Shown here piece by piece: positions 29,331-43,680 of a stretch of 64,000 nt of DNA. The notes under the pieces were generated by a model. It saw only the letters and a program-made list of their open reading frames with translations. It was not told the DNA's origin and ran no database searches. The DNA lies in assembly GCF_009914755.1 (NCBI RefSeq), contig NC_060947.1. One strand, 5' to 3'. This DNA is from the human T2T-CHM13v2.0 reference genome, Homo sapiens. Every line of letters begins with the position of its first letter. Position 1 is the first letter of the stretch. A program made the translations under genes and the position numbers.

Positions 29331-31129
29331 CACTCACTATGTCAGTGGGCTTCCGTAGTGGCATAATCTTTCATAAATCATTTGAGATGTATGTGTCCAC
29401 AGTGAGGAAAGGGATGGCTTAACATTCTGATATACTCTGGAATGCTGAAAGAATATTAAATCTGATCAATTAAGCAACAGAGGTGATATGTCTCTAAGTT
29501 CTGAAAACCTTAAGTCTAGAATCATTCACAGGTTCCATCATGTGCTAAATTATGAAGCAGATAAATTTGTCCTTGACATTGCTCAATCTCACCTCTAATC
29601 ATCCCTGGCTTCATGCCTGTGTCTTATCTATTTCTCCTGTCCCCCTAACAAAATATCCCTGTAAGCCCACTTCCCCTAAACTCAACCCTCTGCACTTCGC
29701 GGCTTCTCTATCTGATAGCTAACACCATCTTTGATAGTGACAGCTGAATGGGTGAATGGGTTTTTTGCTTAAAGACTTACACATTTTAACTAGGGATTCT
29801 TGGACACAGAGCACGTGAGCTTAAATAGCAGTTGTTAAAAAAAAAAAAAAAACTTTGGAAATAAACTTTTATCTTCCAACAAAGTTAATTAGAAATCCAA
29901 ATTATTAAAAGATAAATGAACATATTATTATTCTACTATTGGTCAAATAATATTAATGTAATTTTAATAGTCTATTATTAGTTGACCGGTGGAGGGGGTG
30001 GCTAAAAGAGACAAAACCCATTTGTTCTCCTGGTCTGCCTCTCCTATTGTCCTTGGTGACCTGTGAATTTCTTCCACAGAATCCCCTGGTACTGAGAAGC
30101 ACAATTTGAAAACCCAAAACATAAACTCTCATGTTAAGAATGTCTGGTAGATCCTCTCTTCTTTCCAGTCACAGTGAACCACTCACAACCTCTGTGAAAG
30201 CATAAAGCTATCTTGGTCCCAGGGCCGATGTGGTGGGATTTGAGTTGCATGTGAAATTTGTTATCCCTTTAGCCTGCAACAGTGCCTGAATACTGACAAT
30301 TGGATAATATTCCTTAGATCTAGGGCATTTTCTTGCCCAGGAGCCCCTCTAAAAGGGTAAAACCTCTGTAGAGAAATAATTCGTCAGTCTATTAATACCT
30401 TAGCTTTAAATAGGTTTTCATGGATGGCCTACAGATGGCACAGGTAGGTGGGGTAGGAACTGTGAGACCTAAATATCCGTGGGACATGGTGAAAAGTGGT
30501 CAGGAGAATCTCAAAAAAAAAATGAGCTGGACAAAAGGGAGATTAAAGTGGAAACATGAAGTTAATTCAAAACAGAGGCAAGCTTTTTCTAACAAACACC
30601 TTTTCACGAAGCAAGCTCCAGCTAGTACCATATAGAGATCATTTTCTCTGAATACAGAGCTCTTAGGAGGTGCACGTTCATTTGCCTTCTGTGGGGAAAA
30701 CCAAGTAGGTGGGCTTGCTTTGGATTCCATTCTTATTGTGGGATTTGTAAAAATTCTGATTGATCCAGAGCTCAAAGCCTTCTTTTCAAACCATATCTTT
30801 TTGGAATAAATTGCCCAAGGGAGAAAATTATTTATCTCATTTTGTGTAGATACCAGAAAGGGGGAAATAGATCAAATGGGCATAGATAGGGTTATCTGGT
30901 AGTTGTCTTACATTTAAAGTCAATCATATGGTAAATGATCAACTGTGCCTCATCAAGAGCAAAAATAATACAGAACTCATTGACTTACTATAGGATGACT
31001 TATTCTTTGGAGGTAGCATATACTATCAAGTAAAAGGTGGTTGCTGAAAAGTTACAAATTCATAGGATATGAGAGGAATTTAGTGTTTCTCATAAAATTC
31101 TTCATGACTTCACTGGAAACTCCAGTGTA

Positions 31130-31600
31130 TTTGCTTAACTCAATTCAGCAAATATTTAGTGCCTATTTTGTACCAGGCACTGTGCTAGGTCCTGGAAAGG
31201 CAAAGATGAATAGGACATTCTCTCTGCCCTCAACATGCTCAAAATGGAAGTGAGGAAGACAGAAATATAAATGACTAGCTAGATTACAGTGTAATAGTGG
31301 CTACATTACAGGTATAAAAAGAGTGGTATGGGAATCAGCATAGGAAGGAATGATCTAGTCTTTGGCCATCAGAGACAGAGAAAATGGCAGGTCAGGAGAG
31401 CCACCCTATACGGGAGCCTCTGTAGCTCAAAAGGCCTTGAAAAGCCATCAATGACTTAAAGATGCAGAAAGGCATTATTAGATTGGCTATCTTGAAAAAG
31501 CATTCAGGCAGGAGAGAAAAGGAGTCAAATTAGTTAAGAGGTTCCTGCAATCAATCGGTCAACATCTATTAAAATAGACTAAATGAAATGTGGAATTAGG
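31130..31600 (-). mobile_element. L2 remnant
   Basis: caattcagcaaatatttagtgcctattttgtaccaggcactgtgctagg. Confidence 0.65.
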
Positions 31601-33339
31601 AGACAGAGAAGAGATTTCTTCCAGGTGACCTCAGGAGAGAGATAAAATGAAAGCTCTCCAGTACTCAAACAAGAGATACATAAAAGACAATCACTTGTTT
31701 ACCTGTGTGAGAAAACTAAAATTTTCTAATTCCTACAATGCATTGCAGCAGTTGAGGTGCTGACCCTTGTTCCCTTCTAAATAAGAAGGAAACCAAGAAC
31801 TCCCATTTCAGGATGAGTCAAGCAGCCAATAGCAATAACACATGAGACCTGTCATAGGGAGACTTACATCTTCAAATGAAACAGAACTGCAATATCCTCC
31901 TTCATAGAAATCCTTATATGAGATAGCTACCCTCCTGGCATGCCTGGCATGGCTATGAGAAACTTCCATTTGCATTAGAGTTAAATGTCTTGACATCATG
32001 ATAAATTGCTGAGGATTACTTTGTCACACATATACTACGCAAAGCACTGTGAAAATGGGTGGAAAATAACATATTAATACTCCATGATCAGTGCTGGACA
32101 GCATGTAGTGGGTAAAGATGTTAATGGGATTGCAGATGTCACCCCATCAGTTAAGAACCTGCTACTGAATGCCAGCACATGGAAGTCTACCTGGCATAGA
32201 GTAGGTACTGAAAGAATATCTGATGGGTGAATGAATAAAAAAGAAGTACAGATATCAAGAAAACGTAATTGACTTTTGTGATACTTGTTTCTGAAATGGT
32301 AAGAAAATGCTAATGAATTCCCGCATAGGGTTGGACTCAAAAAGCATAATAAGTATTTTGTCAGATTTTCTGGTTATTTTTTTCATTTCCATCGTCTGCA
32401 GTTCAGAGTTCCATCAGAAGTGGGAATACATTTCAATTCTTAGACAAATATGTGAATTATTTCCTCTTCTTGTACCTTAGTGGGGAAAAAGATTTTTTAT
32501 GAATAAGCAAAATATGAAATTTGATTCATATACTCAGAATAAAATAAGGTGAGAAAAATGCCTGGGGAATTATGTCAAATTATGGTATGTGTGAGTGGTC
32601 ATTAATATCCTTACTGTTAAGTAGTGGGGCATAATCCCCTTCACAAAAAGAGAGCTGAATCTCAAAAGTCTCCAGAAATAAAATTAAAATGTGACCCAAT
32701 GTGTCAAAACTTGGTGAACATTTTTATGACCCATCAATTGTATCATTGCAAGTCGTTAGAGAGAAGATTTTGATGAACACCAATTTCTACATCAAGAAAA
32801 ATAAATGAGTCTCCATTTCTTTCCTTCCCTTTGTCCTCACCTTCAAGTTGTTAAGGTCTTTGAGAAGAATAAAAGATGACACTTCCGTAGCTCACAAATC
32901 AGACTTAACTGTTCCCATGTCAGTTTGAGTTTAGAAAAGATTACTTTCATCTAACAGCCCTCTCAAATACAGTACTACGGTGGGGTACTATGTCACCTCC
33001 AGAAATGATTTATACTGCATCTATCTAAATTTTAAAATATTATAGAACTCTGCCTTCTATCTATCTCCATGGTTTTAAAACAGCTCCCGACAGTGCCTTA
33101 ACAACACAAAGAACAAGGAAAGGCATTCTTCCTATTCCTTAACTACTTAGAATCCTAAATTAAGTTCATCTTTCAAAAGAGGTTCAGAATAGAGGTCAAA
33201 ATGAACACACACACAGACGCAACTCTTCTCCTTGTTTTCAGTCACCGTAAAAGAAACAATCCAAACTTAAGGTTTAATCACTTTCATTCAAAAGTGTAAA
33301 TGGAATGTAAGGGGCCCTCGTGAGGAATGCATACATGAG

Positions 33340-34120
33340 TAATATCTTTTCTCAGTGAGCTCCCAATCTAGCCGGGACTACAAGAGATTACACAAATATT
33401 TAAAATGTACCGAATAATAAGATGATTGCTTTAGAAATGTGTCAAAAATGCCAACAATGCTAAGATAAAGAAAGGATAACTTCAAAACTAACCAGAACTG
33501 GAAATGTAAGGCCATTCTTGGTCCAAAGACATGGGATAATCATAGTATCAGGGATTGTCAAGGAGATGTGAAGTGTCCCCTAGGAGTCAAGAGAGCAGTG
33601 TGAAAAATTCTGAAAAACTGAGTCTGGAATAAATAAGGGGTGACCTTGAGTGCCAGGGCCAAGAATTTAGAACTTATAGGATAATGAGTGAGAATGTTTC
33701 AAAGTGAGGAAATACATTTCAGCTACAGTTTAATTTGGAAGCAATGTGAGGCTGGGATAAGGAGAGAGAGAGAGACCCCATTCAAGTGGACATTAACAAG
33801 ATATCTATTATAATAATGGCCCAGTAATGAGATTTGAAACCAAGGCCCCTGCAGAGGGAGTGAAAAGAACATTTCAAATTCAAGAGATATAAAGAGACAT
33901 AATCTCCAGGGTTTTATAAGTGCTGGGATGTGAAGACTAAATGGTTAGAGAAAAACATGAATTAGTTGTGAAGTCTGTGTGACTAGGAAAATGGTGTGGT
34001 ATTAATACAAATTGGGAAACCAAAAAAAAAGGGGGGGGGGTACATGTGGAAAAGGAAGAGATAATTTGTTCAGATCTAAAATATGTTGAATTTCAGGCCC
34101 TATTGGAGCAATCAGGTAGG
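33340..34120 (-). mobile_element. L2 remnant
   Basis: gaccttgagtgccagggccaagaatttagaactt; atgttgaatttcagg. Confidence 0.55.
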
Positions 34121-34639
34121 AATTCCCTCTTTGGCTCAATGCCATGACCTTCAATAGATCCATTCAATTTTGTGATCTCATCCATGTGTAAGAAGAAAGT
34201 AGAGTTTATCACAGGCTGGGTATTGCCAAGGTCCACCTGCAATGAGGTCAAGGAGAGTGAGTATTTCAAATTACTAGCAAAAGTGGTATTCAGATGGCTG
34301 CTCTTGGAGTCTAAGTTGGACAGCTTAAAAGAACAGCCCTGGGATTTATTACCCTATATCAAATCTCCTTACTTCTCCTGATTTCTGTATTTTTTCTTAA
34401 TTTGTTACCTAGAATCACTCCATCTTTTTCTTCAAGCCTATCAGGTCTATCCTAGTTTTTCACCTTGCCACCAGCCCTTGTAGATTAGTATGCTCATAGA
34501 TCGGTAAAATTGAATCAGGGTTTCCAAAATATTGTGTCTAAAGTGGACTTCAGAAAACATCATTTGTGTCAGACTAAGGAAGGAAGTAAAAAAATGGCAC
34601 ATTAGCAAAGCAAGATTTTCCCTCAACCATATCACCATC

Positions 34640-34752
34640 ACAGAAAGAGAAGAAAGAGTGGGGGAACAGGAGGAGGAAGAATAGGAGGAGGAAAAGAACA
34701 AGAACAAGAAGGGAAGGAAGGAAGAAAGGAAGAAAGGAAGGAAGAGAGGAAG
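34640..34752 (+). repeat. GA-rich low-complexity tract
   Basis: Direct reading of the sequence. Confidence 0.85.
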
Positions 34753-35658
34753 GGTTTTAGAATGATTTTTATTGAAGCACACTAGAATCACATAAATATG
34801 ATTGTTTTCAATAATTCAAGTCAACATGGAGGCAAGAAATCCAGATATAACAGTCCTCAATACCGTTAATCCGATAAAGCAAATCTTCACTCATTAATTC
34901 TGTTTCACCCATATAGACCCTACTTAGAACTATTAGAAGTAGAAAATAGAGATCTTGAATTTAAAAATTTTAGTATTAATTTGAGCTTTTTGTGAGAACT
35001 AGAACAACTTAATTCCCTTTTGAGCCTTAATTATCTTGCATATAAAATAATTATAATAACAGTCACCTTATAATGTTACTTTAAATTAAAATACATGTTT
35101 GTGTGCTTATGTGTTCCCCACCATAGAATTCAACATAGTGTCAATAACTTCTAGTTCACTTCCTTACAAAATTACTGTTAGAATTAAATAAAATAATGTG
35201 TTTGGAGGCACCTGGAAAACTGTAGATGAGCTCAACAAACTTACAAAGTAATAAAATGATACTTGAAAAAATAGCTTTAGCTATGTACATATCCTCATGA
35301 TTCATTTTATGTCGACATTGAGAATGAACTTGTTTTACTCAATAATACCTTGAAGACTTATTGAAGTTCTAAATATTCTACATGCAAAAACAAAATTGTA
35401 CTGCGTTCCCTAGAGTATTTTCAATCATGATAAAACACCGTCTAACTGCAATGCATACTTTTTCGATGCAAGCCATATTTGACTTTGAAACTATGCTGAC
35501 ACAGAGAGAAAATACAGTGTTGATTAGCTTTCTAAGCCCCGCTAGATTTTCAAGATAATCACAGTCTACTCCACACTTTAGTTGTATAAATGTGGCCTTA
35601 ATCTGTGTTGACGTGACCTCCAAAACTTAAATTAAAATGGTTTCAAACCCAGGGACCT

Positions 35659-35674
35659 CTGCCCTCTGGTGGTA
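35659..35674 (-). promoter_or_regulatory. Candidate CTCF core motif
   Basis: ctgccctctggtggta reads TACCACCAGAGGGCAG on the minus strand, close to the CCACCAG(A/G)GGGC(G/A) consensus; non-repeat context. Confidence 0.45.
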
Positions 35675-35819
35675 GTTAATTGCAAATGGTCTTCATGTTC
35701 ATATACACACAGAGTGTTACTTTCACATTAACTAAATAATATGTCTCATGAATATTTGTGCTGTTTCAAATAGTCCTTGTTATTGGGATTCATACAATAA
35801 AATACCATTGCAAAGCATT

Positions 35820-36380
35820 TGTGTCAGAAAAAAATTCTTGCTTTCAAGTGACAGAAGCCCAGTTCAAACTAAAAACGAAATTTGGGGATGCACATGCCTG
35901 GAAAGAATATGGATAAATCTGAGTATGCATGAATAGATCTAGTGGCACAAACCATGAATATAGGACTCCATCTCTTTAAATAGCTCAGCTTCATTTCCTG
36001 CCTTTGAGCTTTATTCTCATGCATACTTTAACACTGTGTAGGTGGTTGCCAGCATGTACAGGTTTATATAGGCAAATCCCAACAGATAAAAGGGACTGCC
36101 TCACTCTCAACAGTCCCAGCAAAGGTTCTGAAACTGTCTCAAATTAGGTAGCCTATGTCCATCAGGGAGGTAATTACTGTGATCCAGGATATGGAATACT
36201 TTGATAGGCCAGGCCTAAGATACATACCCACCACTGCAGCCAAGGGTAGAGTCTAAATCACCCAACGTGAATGGACCAAGAGTAAAAAAGGGAGGGATGT
36301 TTTACAATAGGAAAATTGGGGTACTGGTACCTCAATAAGGGGAAGGGATGCTGACCAGCAAAAATATGATGGCCATTATA
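35820..36380 (-). mobile_element. Old MLT1 (J/K-type) LTR
   Basis: caagtgacagaagcccagttcaaact; tttgataggccaggcctaag. Confidence 0.65.
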
Positions 36381-37338
36381 GCTTCGTAGAATACATAATG
36401 GTCACTTACAATAACACATTTTCTCAATATGTGTGGCTCTTAAAGTGTTTTGATCTTTAAAAGGAAATTCTCACATTTGAAAAGCTTGAGAATCACCAAA
36501 TCAATTCTTTTTTCTATAGGAGTATATGGACTGATATAGATCAAATACATGGATGAGTAACTGAAGTTTCTATCTCTCAATTTAGTTGATCAGTGTGGTG
36601 AGTATGATGCCTGAGATGTCTGCTTTGAAACTTCTTTTGCCTGTAAGTCACTAGCTCAGTGAGTTTTCTCGGTCCATTAGGTAACTTCACAAAGCATTGC
36701 CTTCTCTAGGGAGCAGAAAACAGCATGAAAAGAAAATCTCACAAAGCACATTTTCAGCAAGAATCTTTGAATTGAAGTGTTTATTTCAGAATCAACTGAA
36801 GTATCCAGGTTAGGTGCTTACAGAATGTGTTTATGAATTTCCTTAATGCTAATTTGGAATTAGTTATGCATTCTACATATAAAGGCCTTTACACTCACTT
36901 CCATGAGATAAGTTAACACAAAGTAATTTTATGAGGTTAATTACAATGGTGAACTCCAAATGAGCACAACTGTTAGAATCGTTACGTACTCCTGAGTGGC
37001 AAGTGCTCCCCTTCCCCTCCTATACTTTTCTAGCTACTTGGAAGTTCATTCTTCCATGGAAGGAAAATCTGTAGGTCATAAGAGATCATTCACAATTACT
37101 TTATGCATAAGTTTTTTATATATAAAAGTAAGTACTTGCATGAGAAATCCTATTTTCATCACTCATTCTTTCAGCCATGTTGAGCCTTGTGGTTTAAATC
37201 TCATATAATGCTACATAAATGACAGATTCCTGTCTATTCACAAAATCATACTATCCTTCAATTTCACCATAATGCTTAGACCTCCAAATCTTCTTCCTTC
37301 ACAAATTGCAACTAAGTAGTTTAATCTTAATAATTTAG

Positions 37339-37689
<351 letters not shown>

Positions 37690-37794
37690 TAAAAAAAGTT
37701 GACTGTACAAAACAATAATTCAAATGATATTTGCAAACAACCCAAATTTATTCACTTTTTTCTTCCCTTTCCTCCTCATCTTTTAACAATTCTT

Positions 37795-38530
37795 CTTTTT
37801 AAATTTATTATTTTTAATTGACAAATAGAAATTGTATAAATTTATAATATACAGCATGGTTCATATATATATATATAAACATACATTGTGCAATGATTAA
37901 ATCAAGTTAATTAACATAGGCATTACTTCACATACTTACTGATATGATTAGGTTTCATGTCCCCACCCAAATCTCATCTTGAATTGTAATCCCCATAATC
38001 CCCACGTGTCGAGGGAGGTACCTGGTGGGAGGTGATTGAATCATGAGAGTGGTTTCCTCCATGTTGTTCTCTTGATAGTGAGTGAGTTCTCATGAGGTCT
38101 CATGGTTTTATAAGGGGCTCTTCCCCTCTTGCTTCTCTCTTCTCTCTCCTGCCACCTTGTGAAGAAGGTGCCTGCTTCCCCTTCCACCATGATCCTAAGT
38201 TTCCTGAGGCCTCCCCAGCCATGTGGCACTGTGAGTCAATTAAACTTCTTTCCTTTATAAATTACCCCGTCTCAGGTAGTATCTTTATAGTAGTGTGAGA
38301 ACAGACTAATACACTTGCCTTTTTTATGGTGAGAACATTAACATTTACTCTGTTAGTGATTTTCAAATATATCATACATTATTATTAACTATAGTCACCA
38401 TGATGTACAATAGAGCTCTTGAACTTATTTCTCCTTTCTGACTGAAATTTTGTACCTTTGACCAACATCTCCCCACTTCTGCCCCCAGCCACTGGTAACC
38501 ACTCTTCTACTCTCTGCTTCTATGAGTTAG
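37795..38530 (-). mobile_element. L1MA 3' end interrupted by a THE1/MST LTR
   Basis: tttttaattgacaaatagaaattgtata...tatagtcaccatgatgtacaataga. Confidence 0.8.
37940..38312 (+). mobile_element. THE1/MSTA solo LTR (MaLR)
   Basis: tgatatg...cccacccaaatctcatcttgaattgtaatcccc...agactaataca; 5-bp TSD cttac/cttgc. Confidence 0.88.
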
Positions 38531-38626
38531 ACAACCTTATTAAGTAAATCTTTCTTGATGCTTATCTTGTATACTGTTATATATGCCTACATTTCTATGA
38601 CTTTTATTTGAAAGTCTAAAATCACA

Positions 38627-38957
38627 TTTTTGCAGCAACATGAACGCAATTGGAGGCTGTTATCTTAAGTGAAGTAACTCAGAAAAGAAAAGTCAAAAAC
38701 TGCATGTTCTTACTTATAAGTAGAAGCTAAAGAATGTGTACACATGGACATTGAGTGTGGAATGATAAACACTGGAGACGTGGGAGAGTGGGAGGGTGAG
38801 AGGTGGGTAAGGGATGAGAAATTACTTAATATGTACAATTAACATTTTTCAGGTGATAGTTACACTAAAAGCCCAGATGTCACCACTACACAACATATCT
38901 ATGAAACAAAACTGCACTTGTACCCCCTAAATTTATACAAATAAAAAATAAATAAAA
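38627..38957 (+). mobile_element. L1PB/L1MA 3' end
   Basis: tttgcagcaacatgaacgcaattggagg...actgcacttgtaccccctaaatttatac. Confidence 0.85.
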
Positions 38958-39024
38958 TGATGTCTTTTGTCACCCAGTTAAGGAAACCCAGAAAACTTAT
39001 TTGTCACCTTGTTTCTCATATTAT

Positions 39025-39398
39025 GTTTTTTTCTTTTCTTTTCTTTTCTTTTTTCTTTCTTTCTTTCTTTCTTTTTTTTTTTTTTTTTTGAAGGTGGGAG
39101 ACTTCTTCTATTGCCCAGGCTGGAGTGCAGTGGCACAATCTCAGTTCACTGCAACCGCCACCTCCTGGGTTCAAGTGATTCTCTGCCTCAGCCTCCCGAG
39201 TAGCCGGGACTACAGGCATGCACCACCACGCTTGGCTAGTTTTTTTTGTTTTTTTGTTTGTTTGTTTGTTTTGTATATTTAGTAGAGATGGGGTTTCACT
39301 ATATTGGCCAGGCTGGTCTTGAACTCCTGACCTCATGATCTGCCCGCCTCGGCCTCCCAAAGTGCTGGGATTACAGGCATGAGCCACTGCGACCAGCC
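39025..39398 (-). mobile_element. AluS with an expanded (TTTC/TTTTC) tail and (TTTG)n linker
   Basis: TSD tttctcatattat at 39012 and 39399. Confidence 0.92.
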
Positions 39399-39623
39399 TT
39401 TCTCATATTATTTTTAAATGCCTCATTCCTAGTATTGTCTGGACATATTCATTTATATTCCTATCTGTCATTCTAATCCCTGCATGTGTTTTAGTCTTAA
39501 CTCTACGCTTAAAATGCATTTGGTGCTCACCCACTGGTCCTTTCTCTAGTCATCCATTAGTTGGCTGAAGTTCATCCCCTTGTACTTTTCTCAAGAAGAG
39601 CTCGTGATAACAATATCCCTTTG

Positions 39624-42294
39624 CAGGCTTGCATATTCAACCCTGAGTCCAGCAAGCCTATGGATGCCGTTTTTCCAACAGCATGTGTTCCTCTTTCTGT
39701 CTGTGTCACATTTTGGTAATTTTGCAATATTTCAAACGTTTTCATTATTATTATATCTGTTACGGTGATTTGTGATCAGTGATCTTTGATGTTACAACAA
39801 CAATTGTTTTAGAGTGCCACAAACTATGACCATATAAGATGTGTGTGTTCTGACTGCTCCACCAACTGGCCATTCCCCCATCTCTCTCCCTCTCTTCGGG
39901 CCTCCCTATTCCCTGAGAGTCAACAATATTGAAATTAGGCCAACTGATAAACATACAATGGCTTCTAAGTGTTCAAGTGAAAGGAAGAGTTGCCCATCTC
40001 TCACTTTAAATCAAAAGCTAGAAATGATTAAATTTAGTGAGAAAGGTATGTCAAAAGCTGAGACAGACTGAAAGCTAGGCCTCTTGTGCCATACAGCCAA
40101 GTTGTGAATGTAAAGCAAAAGTTCTTGAAGGAAATTAAAAGTGTTACTCCAGTGAACACACAAATGACAAGATTGTGAAACAGCCTTATTTCTGATATGG
40201 AGAAAGTCTGACTAGTTTGGGTAGATCAAACCAATGCCAACATGCCCTTAAGGCAGCGGTCCGCAACCCCTTTTTGGCATCAGGGACCAATTTTGCAGAA
40301 GACAATTTTTCCACAAACCAGAGTTGGGCGGGGGATGGTTTCGCGATGAAGCTGTTCCGCTTCAGATCATCAGGCATTAGTTAGATTCTCTTAAGGAGCA
40401 CGCAACCTAGATCCCTTGCATGTGCAATTCACAATAGGGTTTTGGGCTCCTGTGAGAATCTAATGCCGCCGCTGATCTGACAGGAGGTAGATAGAGCTCA
40501 GGTGACAGTTCTCGCTCCCCTGCCACTCACCTCCTGCTGTGTGGCCTGGTTCTTAAGAGGCCACAGCCTGGTACTGGCCTGTGGCCCGGGGGTTGGGGAC
40601 CCCTGCCTTAAGCCAGAGCCTAATACAGATCAAGGCCCTAACTTCAATTATTTGAAGTCTGAGAGGTGAGGAAGTTGCAGAAGAAAAGTTGGAAGCTATC
40701 AGAGGTAGGTTCATGAGGTTTAAAGAAAGAAACCATCTCCATAACATAAAAGTGCAAGGTAAAGCAGCAAGTGCTCATGGCAAAGCTGCAAGAAGTTATC
40801 CAGAAGATCCAGCTAAGACATGTGGTAAAGGTGGCTACGCTAAAGAACAGATTTTCAATATAGATGAAACAGCGTTCTATTGGAAGAAGATGCCATCTAG
40901 GACTTTCATAGCTGGAAAGAAGTCAATGCCTGGCTTCAAAGCTTCAAAAGACAGGCTGACTTTCTTGTTTGGGGCTAATACAGCTGGTGATTTTAAGTTG
41001 AAGCCAATGTTTATTTACCATTCTAAAATCCTAGTGCCCTTAGGAATAATGCTAAATCTACTCTGCCTGTGCTCTGCAAGTGGGACAACAAAGCATGGAT
41101 AACATATGTGTTTACAGCATGGTATACTGAATTTTTAAGCCCACTTTCAAGAGCTACTGCTCAGAAAAAAAAAAAAAAAAAAACTAAATGATTTCTTTCA
41201 AAATATTACTGCTCATTGACAGTGCATTTGGTCACCCAAAACCTCTGATGGAGATGTGCAAGGAGATTAATGTTGTTTTCATGCCTGCTAACACAACATT
41301 CATTCTGCAAACCATGCATAAAGGGGCAATTTTGACTTTTAACTCTTATTATTTAAAAAATACGGTTTGTAAAACTATAGCTGCCGTAGATGATAATTTC
41401 TCTGATGGATCTGTACAGAGTAAATTGAAAGCCTTCTAGAATAAACACACCATTTCTAGATGCCATTAAAAACATATGTGATTCATGAAAGGAGGTCAAA
41501 ATATCAACATTAAGAGGAGTTTGGAAGGAAATGATTTTAACCCTCATGAATGACTTTGAGGCATTCAAGACCTCCACTGCAGATGTGGTGGAAATAGCAA
41601 CATAACTAGAATTAGAAGTGATGCCTGAAGATGTGACTGAATTGCTGCAATCCCATGATAAAACTTGAGTGGATACGTTGCTTAGTGTGGATGAGCAAAG
41701 AAAATGGTTTCTTGAGATGGAATCTACTCCTGGTGAAGATTCTGTGACCACTGTTGAAATGACAACAAAGGATTTAGAATACTTTATAAAATTAGTTGAT
41801 AAAACAGCAGCAGGTTTTGAGAGGATTGACTCAAAATTTTAAAGAAGTTCTGCATGGGTAAAATTCTATCAAACGGCGTCACGTGCTACATAAAAATCTG
41901 TCCTGAGAGGAAGAGTCAATTGATGCAGCCAACTTCATTGTTATCTTATTTTAAGAAATTGCCACAGCTGCCCTAATCTTCAACAACCACCACCCTGATT
42001 AGTCAGCAGCCATCCACATCAAGACAAGACCCTCCCCCAGCAAAAAGATTATGACTCTCTGAAGGCTCAGATGATTGTTAGTATTTTTAAGCAATAAAGT
42101 ATTTTTAAATTAAGGTATGCATATTATTTTTTAAGACATAATGCTACCGCACACTTAATAGACTACAGTATAGTGTAAACATAACTTTTATACACACTGG
42201 GAAACCACAGATTTTGTGAGACTTGCTTTATTGTGATATTCACTTTATTACTGTGGTCTGAAACCAAACCTGCAATATCTCTGAAGTAAGTCTG
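39624..42294 (+). mobile_element. Tigger1 (pogo-like) DNA transposon, near full length, with a disrupted transposase
   Basis: Remnant ORFs ...SLTLNQKLEMIK (HTH), [21 protein letters not shown] and [13 protein letters not shown] (DDE); right end ctgcaatatctctgaagtaagtctg+TA; left end partly deleted; stops and frameshifts. Confidence 0.92.
40254..40605 (+). mobile_element. MER1B (hAT-Charlie MITE) inserted in Tigger1
   Basis: TIRs cagcggtccgcaacc...ggttggggacccctg; 8-bp TSD ccttaagg/ccttaagc. Confidence 0.9.
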
Positions 42295-42863
42295 TATATT
42301 CTACTGCCTTTACATTTGAAGTACAGCTTGGCTAGATATAACATCTTTAGCTCATTCTTTTGTTCCTTGAGTAATTTATGAGACACTCTCCAGTTTCTTT
42401 TGGCCTGCACTGATACTATGAAGAAATCTGAGGTAGCCTGAGTGACTTGAACTTTTTGCCTGGTTGTCTAGTGTACTATTTCTTTAGCTTTAAGTTTCAG
42501 TAAATTTACCAGGACATGCTTTAACGTAGACCATTCTACGTCACTGTTTTCCTGGCATGCAATGTAAAGATTGTCTTTGGTTTCAGAAAAGTTTTTTGAA
42601 TTACATATTTAAATATTTGTCCTATTCCATATTTTGTTTTTCTCCTCTGGGATGTTCTTTGTCTGTCTTTATAATTATTTTTTCTCTCTAATCTCTTTTA
42701 ACTATTTTCATACTTCTGCATCATTAGATTTGCTATTTTTACTTCTTTCTTCAATTTCCCTACTTCTTATTGGCTATAATATATATAACAATGTCTATGA
42801 TCTCTTGCTTCCTTCCAATTCCATCTTTATTTCTATGATTCTGCCATTTTTTTCCTAATATGC

Positions 42864-43150
<287 letters not shown>

Positions 43151-43544
43151 TTTTTCCTAATATTCTATTTTGTTCTGTCAACTCACTTCTTTATCTTCCT
43201 GATGTCTGTCCATTTTTTCCCTGAGTTCTTATATTCCATCTTTGTAACTTTTCTTCAGAGAGGCAATTGCTTTCATTATTTAAAAAAAAATCGTCACCAT
43301 CATAGGTCACCATATTTGGTCACCAAACATTTGGTCATCATCAGAAGTTGGGTTCCCTCTGAAGAAAACAAAGGTGTGAGGGCAAGTTGTAATTTGGGAG
43401 ATAATCCCAAGAAACACTGGGGTGAGTTTGATAAACTGAGACCAGGAAGGGATGACAGTCAATGCAGAGTGCATGAATGAGCCAATTACTGCTATAACAA
43501 GTGGATCCCAACCCCTCTGAGTTCCTCTAGGAGACTTTGTAAAA

Positions 43545-43680
43545 CAGGGATTATAAAACTTTAATACGCATACAAATCATCTGGGGATTTTTAGAAAACA
43601 CGGGTTCTCATTCAGCAGGTCTGAGATAAGGTCTGAGATTCTGCATTTCTCATAAAACAATCCCAGACAATGCTGAGTAA
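43545..43680. mobile_element. MER5A-type MITE, apparently within an old LTR remnant (~43340-43900)
   Basis: tctcattcagcaggtctgagataaggtctgagattctgcatttct. Confidence 0.65.

Noticed and set aside
40689-41439. DDE transposase ORFs as a possible TIGD/CENPB-like domesticated gene
   Set aside because: Frameshifted, interrupted by MER1B and lying within an ordinary Tigger1 copy.
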